The notes: generated by a model from the sequence alone, not told the origin. DNA of 64,000 nt from an uncultured Acidobacteriaceae bacterium (GCA_963737915.1 CAVTUP010000028.1:15634-79633), one strand, 5' to 3'; shown: positions 29,643 through 39,317, counted from the first letter of the stretch. Numbers and translations are program-made.

Positions 29643-32369
29643 TTATTCGTCACGAAGAGCGACGACCGGGTCCACCAGCGAAGCGCGGCGCGCCGGCAAG
29701 TAACCCGCAGTCACTCCAGCGAACAGCAGAAGCACAACGGCAGCGGTCAGGCTGAACGGGTCGGTTCCGCGCAGCCCATACAGCATGTTTTGGACCAGCC
29801 GAGTTCCAAAAATGGCGACAGGCAGGCCGACGACAATCCCGGCAAAGATCAAGAGCGAGATTTCGCGCATGACCCGCCAGCCCACTTCCGAGCGGTTCGC
29901 GCCAAGGGCCATCCGAATTCCAATTTCGCCGGTCCGGCGGCTAACAAGGTAAGACATGAGACCATAGAGTCCGATGCAGGATAGGAACACCGCAACGAGG
30001 GCAAAGAAAGCGGAGAGCTCGGCAATGATGGTCTGGTTGGTAAAGGAACGAGCAACCTGCTCCTCAAGCGTCGTGATGTGAGAGATTGGCAGTTTGCGAT
30101 CGATGGCATGAATCGCCTGCTGCACTTCGCTGGAAACTGTGCCGAAGTCTCCTGAATAGCGAACCTCGAAGTCGCCGAAGCCCCAGTCTCGCTGCGTGTA
30201 GGGAAGGTAATCGATATCCCCTGCCGGCTCCGCCAGGTCACCGACCTTCACATCTTTAGCCACGCCGATCACCAACTCCTCCAGCGGAGGATCCACCCCG
30301 TCATCCGAGCCGATGAAATAGGTTTGTCCGATAGGCGAACCGGATGGGAACAGCGTGCGCGCCGTGTGTTCGCTGATGACGGCCACCTTCTGCGACGTGG
30401 CAGTATCCTGCGGACCGAAGCTGCGGCCCGCCACAATGGGAATCTGCATGGTCTTGAAGAAGCCATCGCCAATGATGTTGTGCTCTACATTCACGTTGCG
30501 ATTAACAGGCATGCCCGGGACGCGGATCATGCTGTTCCAGCTCCCCTCGTTAAACGTGAAGGCAGAAAAGCTCGCGGCCTGGACTCCCGGGAGCGCATTG
30601 ACGCGGTCCTCGATCTGCTTGAAGATCGCCTTCAGGCGCGGATCATCGCCCTTGTAGCCAGTAAGGGTTGAGTCGATATTCAGACGAAGCACATTCTCTT
30701 TGTTGAAGCCAGTATCGACACGGTTCAGATTGACAAGTGTGCGCAGGAAAAGGCACGCGCCCACCATCAGCACCAACGAAAGCGCCACCTGGGAGACCAC
30801 AAGTATCTTCGCCAGCGGCGTCCGGCCTGCGGAAGAAGCGCCGCGTCCACTCTTGAGACTCTCTGTCAGTTGCAGGCGGGTAGCGCGCAGGGCGGGGAGT
30901 GTGCCGAACAGCAGCGCGGTGCTTACGGTCACCGCGAAGGTGAATGCGAGCAGGCGCAGGTTTAGGGAGACATCGAGAGGTACAACGTCGGAACCGTCCG
31001 AAATCATGCGCAGAAGAAGGCGATTGGCCGCCGCGGCGAAACCAATGCCAAGCGCTCCGCCCGTGAGCGCAAGCAGCAGGCTCTCGGTGAGTAGCTGGCG
31101 AATGATGCGCGATCTGCGAGCGCCGAGCGCCTGCCGTAGAGCCAGTTCGCGGGCCCGTGCGGTCGAGCGAGCCAGCAGCAGGTTGGCGATGTTGGCGCAT
31201 GCTATGAGAAGAACCAGCCCGACAATCGCCATGAGAATCTTCAACGGCTCGGAGTATTCGCGGCGCAGATTCGAGATGCCCCGCGCCAGGTTTCCCAGCT
31301 GCACATGCGCGCGCGCCAGCCGGGCTACATTCTCCTGGGAAAGCTTGGCATCGGGAAAGCTGTGCAGTATCTGGGGAAAGAGAAAGTTGACGTTGGCCGT
31401 GGCTTGCTCCACGCTCACGCCAGATTTCAGCCGACCGATGATGTAGAGCGATTCCGAAAAGTTCTCCTTATACCTGCCCCAGCCGGGAGGAATAGCCTGG
31501 GCCATGGATAACGGCGCCCAGGCATCGGGAGCTTCGCCGACCCTGGTGCCGAAGAACTCGGCCGGTGCGACACCCACGATATCGTAATCGATTTTGCCCA
31601 GTTTCAGCTTGTGGTTCAAAACCGAGGGATCGCTGCCCAGCTGCCGTTTCCAGAACCCGTCACTGATGACCACAACGGGATGATCGCCTTCGCTCGAGTC
31701 GTCTGCGTCGTTGAGCACGCGCCCAATCTGGGCCTCGACACCCAGGGTTTGAAAGTAAGTGCCCGATATGGTTTGAACATGGATCAATTCCGGCTCCTCG
31801 CGGTGATCTATGAAGCCGTGAACGTTGTTCATCATGCTGAAGATGGCCGCGGTGTCTGAGAAGACGGCGTTCTTTTGTTGGAGCTGGCGGTAAAAAGGAT
31901 AGGAGTAGAGTTCGGTAGACGCGAAACTGTCGGTGATGCCGTTCCAATCCTTCACGCCGAGTTTAACCAGTTGCTGCGGATCCTTGACCGGAAGCGAGCG
32001 CAGCATCATGGCATCGAGAAAGCTGAAGATGGCCGTGTTGGCGCCAATGCCGAGGGCAAGTGAGATCAGCGCGACTACCGTGATGGCCGGGGTGCGCAAC
32101 ATGGAACGCAGTCCATAACCGGCATCCTGCAGAAATGTTTCCAGCCAATTCCAGCCCCATGCCATATGACTCTTCTCCTTGATACGAGCGGTGTTGCCAA
32201 ACCTTCGTTGCGCTGACCAGCGGGCTGCGTCCGGATCGATACCCGAGGCGATTTGTTGCTGGCGGCGCAGTTCCAGATGCAGCCGCATTTCCTCGTCGAG
32301 GTCGCGCTGAAATTGGCCGCGGTGGAGCAGCATGTCGAGTCGTCGTTTCAATTCGCCCGCACGGCTCAT
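29643..32369 (-). CDS. ADOP-type duplicated FtsX/MacB-like permease
   Basis: 908 aa with two MacB-periplasmic plus FtsX repeats. Lies immediately downstream of the PadR gene. Confidence 0.9.
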   Translation of the reverse strand: MSRAGELKRRLDMLLHRGQFQRDLDEEMRLHLELRRQQQIASGIDPDAARWSAQRRFGNTARIKEKSHMAWGWNWLETFLQDAGYGLRSMLRTPAITVVALISLALGIGANTAIFSFLDAMMLRSLPVKDPQQLVKLGVKDWNGITDSFASTELYSYPFYRQLQQKNAVFSDTAAIFSMMNNVHGFIDHREEPELIHVQTISGTYFQTLGVEAQIGRVLNDADDSSEGDHPVVVISDGFWKRQLGSDPSVLNHKLKLGKIDYDIVGVAPAEFFGTRVGEAPDAWAPLSMAQAIPPGWGRYKENFSESLYIIGRLKSGVSVEQATANVNFLFPQILHSFPDAKLSQENVARLARAHVQLGNLARGISNLRREYSEPLKILMAIVGLVLLIACANIANLLLARSTARARELALRQALGARRSRIIRQLLTESLLLALTGGALGIGFAAAANRLLLRMISDGSDVVPLDVSLNLRLLAFTFAVTVSTALLFGTLPALRATRLQLTESLKSGRGASSAGRTPLAKILVVSQVALSLVLMVGACLFLRTLVNLNRVDTGFNKENVLRLNIDSTLTGYKGDDPRLKAIFKQIEDRVNALPGVQAASFSAFTFNEGSWNSMIRVPGMPVNRNVNVEHNIIGDGFFKTMQIPIVAGRSFGPQDTATSQKVAVISEHTARTLFPSGSPIGQTYFIGSDDGVDPPLEELVIGVAKDVKVGDLAEPAGDIDYLPYTQRDWGFGDFEVRYSGDFGTVSSEVQQAIHAIDRKLPISHITTLEEQVARSFTNQTIIAELSAFFALVAVFLSCIGLYGLMSYLVSRRTGEIGIRMALGANRSEVGWRVMREISLLIFAGIVVGLPVAIFGTRLVQNMLYGLRGTDPFSLTAAVVLLLFAGVTAGYLPARRASLVDPVVALRDE

Positions 32370-32378
32370 GTGGTCTCC

Positions 32379-32744
32379 TCAGGCTGTCTGGATGATCCGG
32401 GAAATCGCGCCCATGACGCGTTCGAACTGCGATACTTCGATGCCGAGCTGCTTTTCACCGTCGCGCGTGAGCGCGTAGTACCGTGCGCGGCGATTGCCCG
32501 CCGTCACACCCCACTCCGCAGTGACCCATCCCTTGATCAGCATTCTTTGCAACGCCGGGTACAGGGAGCCCTCTTCCACCTGCAGCACCTCCTCAGAGCA
32601 ACTCTGGATTGACTCGGCGATTTCATAGCCATGAAGCCGGCCGCGAACCGCGAGTGTCTTGAGGATGAGCAGGTAGAGCGTGCCCGGGGGAATCTCGTCA
32701 CGATCGATGTCAGCATCTGACTTTCGGCGGATAAGTGCGGCCAT
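32379..32744 (-). CDS. PadR-family transcriptional regulator
   Basis: 121 aa, winged-helix motif LHGYEI...EGSLYPALQRMLIKGWV...RRARYYALT. Confidence 0.92.
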   Translation of the reverse strand: MAALIRRKSDADIDRDEIPPGTLYLLILKTLAVRGRLHGYEIAESIQSCSEEVLQVEEGSLYPALQRMLIKGWVTAEWGVTAGNRRARYYALTRDGEKQLGIEVSQFERVMGAISRIIQTA

Positions 32745-32767
32745 GAAATCGTCTCCGGAGACTCTGG

Positions 32768-32782
32768 CATAGTCTAACTATG
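32768..32782. promoter_or_regulatory. candidate PadR operator (CATAGT-N3-ACTATG)
   Basis: Perfect 6-bp inverted repeat 24 bp upstream of the PadR start codon. Confidence 0.3.
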
Positions 32783-32895
32783 TCAGTGTGGGACGCTTCC
32801 GGAATTCTGTCAATAAGGAATGTGACCGGTGGTAGTTATCGAGCCCTTGGCGGTCTTACAATAGCTAGCGAACACTTATGGGGCAAACTTTGAAC

Positions 32896-32931
32896 CACAA
32901 AAAATGACGGACGCCCGTCAAAGAGCGTCCG
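32896..32931 (-). terminator. rho-independent terminator of the phosphodiesterase gene
   Basis: On the minus strand: CGGACGC-N10-GCGTCCG followed by TCATTTTTTG, about 26 nt after the stop at 32957. Confidence 0.6.
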
Positions 32932-32956
32932 CCACTTCCTGCTACAAGTTGATGCG

Positions 32957-34669
32957 CTATCGCAAGTCGATCGATGGCAGAACGGCCGTTCCTTCGATTC
33001 GTACTCCATCGAGCCTCGAGGGACTGATGTCGAGCGCTCTGAGGATTGTTGGCGCCACCTGGGCAGTCCCGACCTCTGCAAAGACCGTCTTCGCGGAGAA
33101 GCGCGGGTTCGAAAGCAGCAGCATGACATTTGTATCGTCGTGGGCAAATCCGCCGTGCTCCGACATCTTCTTGCTGCTCCCCGTGTAAACCACACCGACG
33201 TTCGGGTTCACGATAATGTCCGGAGTGCGGGGATCGACGGTTGGGTCGTTATAGTTCAGCGCAAGCGACGGACCATAAAAGATTTCTCCGAGGCCGATTT
33301 GATCGCCGTTATCCTCAAGAATCTTCACGCTGGCTGCGGTATCAGACGAGTTCTTCAGCCAGATCAGCGATACATCGTCCTCGGTTGGCCCGATGCCGGT
33401 TGGGTTGTTCGTGGATTCAGAGTCTGGAATGTAGCCCGCGTTCGAAAGCAGAGTTACTGGTGAAGTGCCGGTGTTCAGAATGGGATTGTAGCGAGTTGGA
33501 TCGATCGGCGTCTGGCCGTGCTTTGCGGTGATCACGATCAACGTCGAATCGTAGAGGTGCCGCTCCTTAAGCTCCTCGACAAACTTCGCGATCGATGCGT
33601 CGACGAACTTGATTTCGCCAAGCAGCGCTTGCGAGGGAGTTCCAGCCGCATCGAGATAACCGCCCCTGGTGTTGTTGCTCTTCTCCACGAGTTTCTGGGC
33701 GACACTCACGGCCTGGAAATTCATACCGAAGATCGTGGGAACCCGGGTCCGTCGCAGTCCCAGGTGGTCCTTGCCATTGATTTCGTTTACGATTGCGTTG
33801 ACCTTCAGAGTGTCGTAGCACTGAATGTTTTGAAAGCTGTTGGTCCATGCGGTGATATCCGAACCCGGGTCGAGAACAGCGGCACAGGATAGACCTGTGG
33901 GCGTCGTTACTCCCGGAAGGCCAATGACATTCGAGTTGATTTCCGGAGCGAAGAAGTCGTCGAGCGCACCGGGACCAAAGCCGCTGGCAACGGATGAGTA
34001 AGCCGGGTGCTTGTCAGACCATGCCGCGTATCCGCCGGCCCTGTGAATCACGCTGAAGATGCTGTTCGCACGCACAAATTCCCACGGGAAAACGGGGTTG
34101 CAGCCATGCGCTGGGTCGCGGGGCAGCTTTTTGGGATCGATGGAATTGATGCCGCCGTCGGTCAACGAAGCGCCGGGAGCGCCGCCATTCAGCTTGGTCT
34201 GGTCGATATCAATGCCTTCTTCGTATTCGGTCCTGGCGCCGGTCGGGGGTGTGTTTGCAGTGCAGGGGCCTGCTGCAACGCCGTTGCCCGTCGTTGTCGC
34301 AGGGGCGTCGAGGTTCCGCGCATAGGCAACATCGTAGTAAACGCCAGTGAGCGCGGGGCTGCCTCCGGTGACGATCGCCGTCAGGCCGGGAAAGGAGTCA
34401 GACGGCTTTGAGGCGTCGGCCGCGACATAGTTGATTCCCGTTTTGCTAAGTGCCGCAAGCGCCGGGCAATAAGGCTCGCCGTTGTTGGTCGTGCTGATTC
34501 CGTTGGCACAATTCGCAAAGTCAACCGCGTGCATACCATCGATGCTGATCAGAAGCACGCGCTTGATTTCACGCTCATGGCCGTTACCGTCTTCATCGTC
34601 CATTGCAAAAGCGGTCCCGGCAAAACACGCCGCGGCCAGGGAAAGTAGGACAGTTGCCTTTTTCATCAT
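32957..34669 (-). CDS. secreted alkaline-phosphatase-superfamily protein (nucleotide pyrophosphatase/phosphodiesterase-like)
   Basis: Signal peptide, the metal-site motif LLISIDGMHAVDF near the N-terminus, and HGGFAHDDTNV near the C-terminus. Confidence 0.85.
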   Translation of the reverse strand: MMKKATVLLSLAAACFAGTAFAMDDEDGNGHEREIKRVLLISIDGMHAVDFANCANGISTTNNGEPYCPALAALSKTGINYVAADASKPSDSFPGLTAIVTGGSPALTGVYYDVAYARNLDAPATTTGNGVAAGPCTANTPPTGARTEYEEGIDIDQTKLNGGAPGASLTDGGINSIDPKKLPRDPAHGCNPVFPWEFVRANSIFSVIHRAGGYAAWSDKHPAYSSVASGFGPGALDDFFAPEINSNVIGLPGVTTPTGLSCAAVLDPGSDITAWTNSFQNIQCYDTLKVNAIVNEINGKDHLGLRRTRVPTIFGMNFQAVSVAQKLVEKSNNTRGGYLDAAGTPSQALLGEIKFVDASIAKFVEELKERHLYDSTLIVITAKHGQTPIDPTRYNPILNTGTSPVTLLSNAGYIPDSESTNNPTGIGPTEDDVSLIWLKNSSDTAASVKILEDNGDQIGLGEIFYGPSLALNYNDPTVDPRTPDIIVNPNVGVVYTGSSKKMSEHGGFAHDDTNVMLLLSNPRFSAKTVFAEVGTAQVAPTILRALDISPSRLDGVRIEGTAVLPSIDLR

Positions 34670-34779
34670 TACCTCCAGCGCCGAAATCTACTGGAGTTCC
34701 TGAAATGATTTCATTGCAGGCAGATGAAAGTTTGTTGAACACATTGTGTCAGGCTTTTAGGGTTGGCGAGGCATAACCA

Positions 34780-35256
34780 CTACGCCTGAGGCGGAGCTGG
34801 AGTCAGGCCGTGGCGGAGCATGATCTCAGCCATCTTCGCGCGGTCTGGCGGGCCACCCGCTGCTGCCATGAGTACGGCGGCAGTCTCACGGAAATACTGC
34901 GGTCCAAGCGCAGCCGGAGTGATGAGGCAGAGAGCCTTCACGTCCTGGCTTGTGTTGTTATCGAAGCGGTGAATGGCGCCGCGAGGAATGCAGAGCGCCT
35001 GCCCCGGCCCCACGTCAATCGGCTTTCCATTTACGGTCCACGTCATCACTCCCTCGACGCCATAGATCGTTTCCTCGTAGTGTTCGTGGCTATGTGTTGG
35101 CGCCGGCAGCCGCTGCGCACCCGGAACAAACAGTTCGAATGCCGCGATGCTGCCGGTCGAGTTGTCGCCCGTGAGCAGGAAGCGCACCTTGAGCCCTCCG
35201 ACGGAGATGACCTCATCGGAAGGATTGACCTGGAGGTCTGCGGTAAATTCTGTCAT
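34780..35256 (-). CDS. cupin-domain protein
   Basis: Cupin motifs PTHSHEHYEETIYGVEG and PRGAIHRF. ATG at 35256 preferred over the longer ORF. Confidence 0.8.
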   Translation of the reverse strand: MTEFTADLQVNPSDEVISVGGLKVRFLLTGDNSTGSIAAFELFVPGAQRLPAPTHSHEHYEETIYGVEGVMTWTVNGKPIDVGPGQALCIPRGAIHRFDNNTSQDVKALCLITPAALGPQYFRETAAVLMAAAGGPPDRAKMAEIMLRHGLTPAPPQA

Positions 35257-35272
35257 CGGGAGTTCCTCTTTT

Positions 35273-35317
35273 GGTAAATTTCGTTTACCGATGTTATATT
35301 GGTAAACGTAATTTACT
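35273..35317. promoter_or_regulatory. two copies of the inverted repeat GGTAAA-N5-TTTAC(C/T) in the cupin/MarR divergent intergenic region
   Basis: Copies at 35273-35289 (GGTAAATTTCGTTTACC) and 35301-35317 (GGTAAACGTAATTTACT), inside the 65-bp gap between the divergent start codons. Confidence 0.45.
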
Positions 35318-35321
35318 GGAA

Positions 35322-35789
35322 ATGTCAATGATTAAATCGTCGAAAAGTTCACCGGTCGCAGCGAAGGATATTCTTATCGGCGCGCTGCTGCGCGCTCCAG
35401 CCCAGGCGATCCATCGTCGCATCATTCAGGAGCTCAACGCGGCCGGCTTTGACGAGCTGCGTCTGCCTCATATTGCAGTGTTTCAGTTTCCGGGTCCCGA
35501 TGGGGTTCGCCCACTCGCTCTCGCCGAGCGTGCCGGCGTGAGCAAGCAGGCCATGAACCAGCTCTTGCGCAGCCTCGAAAGTCTCGGCTATATCGCCCGG
35601 TCCGACGCGCCCGACCAGGGCCGCACGCGGATTGTTCGCTTCACCAGGCGCGGCCACGCAGCATACTCAAAAATCTACGACATACTTCGCGACATTGAGA
35701 GCGAATGGGCCGCCGAGCTTGGCCCAAAGCGTTTCACTGAACTCAAAAAACTGCTCCTTCGCGTCTGGGAAAGCCCTCTCTCCCGCTAG
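35322..35789 (+). CDS. MarR-family transcriptional regulator
   Basis: Winged-helix core LAERAGVSKQAMNQLLRSLESLGYIAR...D.R.R.V..T..G. Confidence 0.88.
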   Translation: MSMIKSSKSSPVAAKDILIGALLRAPAQAIHRRIIQELNAAGFDELRLPHIAVFQFPGPDGVRPLALAERAGVSKQAMNQLLRSLESLGYIARSDAPDQGRTRIVRFTRRGHAAYSKIYDILRDIESEWAAELGPKRFTELKKLLLRVWESPLSR

Positions 35790-35808
35790 CAGACCCTCCC
35801 CACGCGCT

Positions 35809-35859
35809 GTCATTCTGAGCGACGAACGCAGTGAGGAGTCGAAGGACCCGCGGCTGCCG
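35809..35859. repeat. REP-like intergenic element starting GTCATTCTGAGCG
   Basis: GTCATTCTGAGCGACGAACGCAGTGAGGAGTCGAAGGACC, followed by a CTGCCG/CGGCAG hairpin. Shares its 5' 13-mer (GTCATYYTGAGCG) with 37258-37270. Confidence 0.3.
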
Positions 35860-35904
35860 TGACCACATCGGCAGTAGCCCGAAACATCTCTTTCGCGTCA
35901 CGAT

Positions 35905-36924
35905 TTAGAGTGCCCTTACGGAGAAGTCCAGCAAGACCTTTTCCTGTCCTGCCTCACCATCGGCCAAGCGGACTGCCTCTTGGAAGTCCTTAAATGAATA
36001 CTGTGCAATCGCCGGCGGCGTAAGCGCGCCGTTCGACAACATGGTGAGGAGATCGCTCGTCGCTGCCCGCACTTCCGCGAGCGGCTGGGAAGGCACCCAG
36101 CGCGGAAGCCACCACCCGCGAACCGTCGCCGTCGAATAAATCAGACGCGGAGCGAAGAGCGGCATCATGAATTTCGCGGGGTCCGTCTGCCGATGACTGG
36201 ATAGCGCTCCATACACAAGCATGGTTCCACCGGGAGCGAGGTTGCGGGCAATCTCAGCGCCAAGTTCCCCGGCAACGCAGTCAATCGCTCGTTCAACGCC
36301 CTTGCCCGCGGTCAATTCCTGCAGGCGTGCCCTGAGATCCTCGTCGGCTGTGCAGATTACCTCGTTGCCTCCGAGGTTGCGGATGATTGTTTCCTGCTCG
36401 CGCCGCCGGATGACGTTGATCGTCTTGAATCGATACTGCTGCGCCAACTGAAGCACGAACTTCCCGACGCTGGATGCAGCCGCCGTCTGCAGGAGCCAGT
36501 CGCCCTCCTTGAGTTTGTGAGTTGATCTCGTCAATGCCCATGCCGTCAAAGGATTGATGTAGGAAGTGGCGGCGGCCGCATCGTCGAGGCCGTCTGGAAC
36601 GGGCACGAGTTTGTCCACGGGGCACACGATCTGCTCCCGCCAGGTGTTCCATGTGTCAATGAAAACTACGCGCGTTCCAACCACAGGAGCTTGCACTCCC
36701 AGACCTACGGCCTCCACAATCCCCACGCCTTCAATGCCCGGGCTGGCTGGCAACTCCGGCTGATATCCATAGCGCCCGCGCACCATGTGCAGATCGGATG
36801 CGTTGATCGGGCTCAGAAGCACTTGGACGAGCGCTTCGCCAGGAGCCAAAGGCGGAGTAGGGATCTCTTCCAGTTTCAATACGCTCTTCGGTTCACCGGT
36901 CTCGCGAAAGATCAATGCTTTCAT
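35905..36924 (-). CDS. MDR-superfamily NAD(P)H-dependent oxidoreductase (quinone/enoyl reductase-like)
   Basis: ATG at 36924 after GGGAGG. MKALIF...SPINASDLHMVRGRYG...PGIEGVGIV and a nucleotide-binding region. The ORF-track N-terminal extension is not supported. Confidence 0.85.
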   Translation of the reverse strand: MKALIFRETGEPKSVLKLEEIPTPPLAPGEALVQVLLSPINASDLHMVRGRYGYQPELPASPGIEGVGIVEAVGLGVQAPVVGTRVVFIDTWNTWREQIVCPVDKLVPVPDGLDDAAAATSYINPLTAWALTRSTHKLKEGDWLLQTAAASSVGKFVLQLAQQYRFKTINVIRRREQETIIRNLGGNEVICTADEDLRARLQELTAGKGVERAIDCVAGELGAEIARNLAPGGTMLVYGALSSHRQTDPAKFMMPLFAPRLIYSTATVRGWWLPRWVPSQPLAEVRAATSDLLTMLSNGALTPPAIAQYSFKDFQEAVRLADGEAGQEKVLLDFSVRAL

Positions 36925-37257
36925 CAATACCTCCCGGGTCTTTAGGCGACGGCTGATTCCGGCCGGCTGTAGAAATGGAGCGGATGATGAAGGAAAATAT
37001 CTCCGTCGAAGGTGGAAAATGCTGCACGCATCGGCTGAACCAAACCTTCCGTAGTGTCGCCGGAACTGAAAATCTGAACATTCTAGCGCTTGGATGAAGC
37101 TGTTTGCCACCGGCTCGAGGCAGACTTCGCGCTGCACCGCTTCAAAAAAATCCAGCCACTTTTGCAGATAATTAACCCCGAAAGGCGCACGATAAATGCG
37201 GGAGAGTCCTACGCCGGAACACGTCCATACACTCGCTCCCGAAATAGAAACACAGCC

Positions 37258-37289
37258 GTCATCTTGAGCGGAGTGGCAGCAAAAAATCG
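37258..37289. repeat. second GTCATYYTGAGCG-type element
   Basis: GTCATCTTGAGCGGAGTGGCAGCAAAAAATCG in the gene-free gap downstream of glnK. Only the first 13 nt match the copy at 35809. Confidence 0.25.
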
Positions 37290-37447
37290 CCCGGCGAGGG
37301 GTACCCCCGGGTCAACAAAATAAATATTTCCTGTGGAAATTTGCCGATAATTACGCGGTTTTGTGAAACACCCAATAGCACGAGCAGGAACGAAAGCCGC
37401 CGCTCTCGAACGAGCTGCCTTGCTCTCCTCGCTCCATAGTGGAACAT

Positions 37448-37478
37448 CGCCGGGCGGCTAAACCGCTTCCGCCCGGCG
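37448..37478 (-). terminator. GC-rich hairpin 5 nt after the glnK stop
   Basis: CGCCGGGCGG-N11-CCGCCCGGCG, a 10-bp perfect stem with no U-tract. Confidence 0.4.
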
Positions 37479-37483
37479 GCACT

Positions 37484-37822
37484 CTAAAGCGCACTCTCCC
37501 CGCGTTCATCGTTGCGAATGCGAACCACCTGGTCGATCTTGGAGATGAATATCTTTCCATCTCCAATCTTCCCTGTTCGAGCTGCGGAGATAATCGCGCG
37601 AATCACGTTTTCAGCCAGCTCGTCGGGAACCACCACGTCGATTCTCGCTTTCGGCAGCAGGTCAACCGAGTATTCACGTCCGCGGTAAAACTCGGTATGC
37701 CCCTTCTGGCGTCCGTGTCCACGCGCCTCTGTAATGGTCATGCCGGTGATGCCGATTTCGATAAGTGCGGCTTTGACGGAATCCACCTTCGACGGCTGAA
37801 TGACAGCTTCAATCTTCTGCAT
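37484..37822 (-). CDS. glnK: nitrogen regulatory protein P-II
   Basis: 112 aa with T-loop GRQKGHTEFYRGREY. Lies directly downstream of amtB, which is why glnK is used rather than glnB. Confidence 0.95.
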   Translation of the reverse strand: MQKIEAVIQPSKVDSVKAALIEIGITGMTITEARGHGRQKGHTEFYRGREYSVDLLPKARIDVVVPDELAENVIRAIISAARTGKIGDGKIFISKIDQVVRIRNDERGESAL

Positions 37823-37894
37823 ATCTCGGAAACCTCCATGCTTTGAAATGTTGAGAAGGTGCTTTGATGGATTAGTGAATCGGGCGCGGCGTTG

Positions 37895-39259
37895 TCAGGA
37901 TGCTCTCTCGTAACCTTCCTCGCCGTGTTGCGTAAGGTCGAGACCTTCAATTTCATCGCTCGCCGAGACACGAAGCCCGATCGTTTTGTCGACGAGAAAA
38001 AGCAACACGAGAGTCCCGACGATCGAGATGGCCCAGGCGATCGCGATTCCTCCGATCTGGTTCAACAACTGATGGCCGTTTCCTTCGAGTAGTCCTGACG
38101 GCAGAACATTTCCGGCCGAGTCTTTGAAGATTGGATTGATGGCGCTGTTGGCAAACACGCCCGTTAGAAGGGCTCCGATCGTTCCGCCCGCGCCATGTAC
38201 TCCAAATGCATCAAGCGCGTCATCGTAACCGAAGATCTGTTTTACCTTTGCGACCATGAAGTAGCACACGATGCCTGCAACCAACCCAATCACAATGGCG
38301 TGCATCGGCTGCACAAATCCCGCAGCCGGAGTGATCGCCACCAATCCGGCGACAGCACCGGAGATAGCGCCTAGCGCGCTGGGCTTGCTGTTTCTGATCC
38401 ACTCGACACCGGCCCAGGCGGCGGCTGCGGCAGCCGTCGCAAAGTGCGTGTTGATAAAGGCGCTCGTTGCCAGCGCTCCCGATGACAATGCGCTTCCGGC
38501 ATTGAAGCCGAACCAGCCCACCCAGAGAAGACAAGCACCGATAAAGCTCAGCACCACGGAGTGCGGTGGAACCGACTGCTCAGGATAGCCAAGCCGTTTG
38601 CCCAGGTAGATCGCGCAAACCAGGGCCGACACGCCCGAAGTGATGTGCACCACTGTGCCGCCGGCGAAGTCGAGTGTTGGCAATGCCCCGCCCAACGCCG
38701 CATTGAGTAGACCGCCTTTTCCCCAAACCATGTGCGCCATCGGCGAATAGACAACGATGGACCAGAGGACAAGAAACACCGCCATCGCGCTGAACTTCAT
38801 GCGTTCTGCAAAGGCGCCCGTTATCAGCGCCGGCGTGATGATGGCAAACATCAGCTGGTAGATCATGAACGTCTGAACTGGAATTGTGGAACCATAGTCG
38901 GCGTCCGGGGTTAAGCCAACGTCATGCATGAATGCGTGGTGCAGCCCACCGATAAAGCTCGTTCCAGAATCGAAGGCAAGACTGTAACTGACGAACGCCC
39001 AGAGCAGCGTAATGATTGCCATCATCGCGAAGCTCTGCATCATCACCGAAAGAACATTCTTCCTTCGCACCAGGCCGCCATAAAAAAGCGCCAGGCCGGG
39101 TCCGGTCATCATCAGCACTAGTGCAGCGCTTACTAGCATCCACGCATTGTCGGCATTCGAAACGGTAAGTGGCTGAGCAGGGGTTTGGGCGAGGCAGACT
39201 CCAGTGCTGACGGTGCCGGCCAAGAGGAAGCCAATGAGTTTTGAGCAATGTCGCTTCAT
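37895..39259 (-). CDS. amtB: ammonium transporter
   Basis: 454 aa with a signal peptide and Amt motifs DFAGGTVVHITSG and DDALDAFGVHGAGG. Confidence 0.95.
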   Translation of the reverse strand: MKRHCSKLIGFLLAGTVSTGVCLAQTPAQPLTVSNADNAWMLVSAALVLMMTGPGLALFYGGLVRRKNVLSVMMQSFAMMAIITLLWAFVSYSLAFDSGTSFIGGLHHAFMHDVGLTPDADYGSTIPVQTFMIYQLMFAIITPALITGAFAERMKFSAMAVFLVLWSIVVYSPMAHMVWGKGGLLNAALGGALPTLDFAGGTVVHITSGVSALVCAIYLGKRLGYPEQSVPPHSVVLSFIGACLLWVGWFGFNAGSALSSGALATSAFINTHFATAAAAAAWAGVEWIRNSKPSALGAISGAVAGLVAITPAAGFVQPMHAIVIGLVAGIVCYFMVAKVKQIFGYDDALDAFGVHGAGGTIGALLTGVFANSAINPIFKDSAGNVLPSGLLEGNGHQLLNQIGGIAIAWAISIVGTLVLLFLVDKTIGLRVSASDEIEGLDLTQHGEEGYERAS

Positions 39260-39301
39260 AATTCTCCTGTTGGGATATGTCGGATCGGAATCGTTCTAAC
39301 T

Positions 39302-39317
39302 GACAATGCAAAAGCCA
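39302..39317 (-). promoter_or_regulatory. weak sigma-54-like -24/-12 element upstream of amtB
   Basis: Minus strand reads TGGCTTTTGCATTGTC. The GG and TTG are correctly spaced, but -12 is GT rather than GC. About 45 nt upstream of the amtB ATG. Confidence 0.2.
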
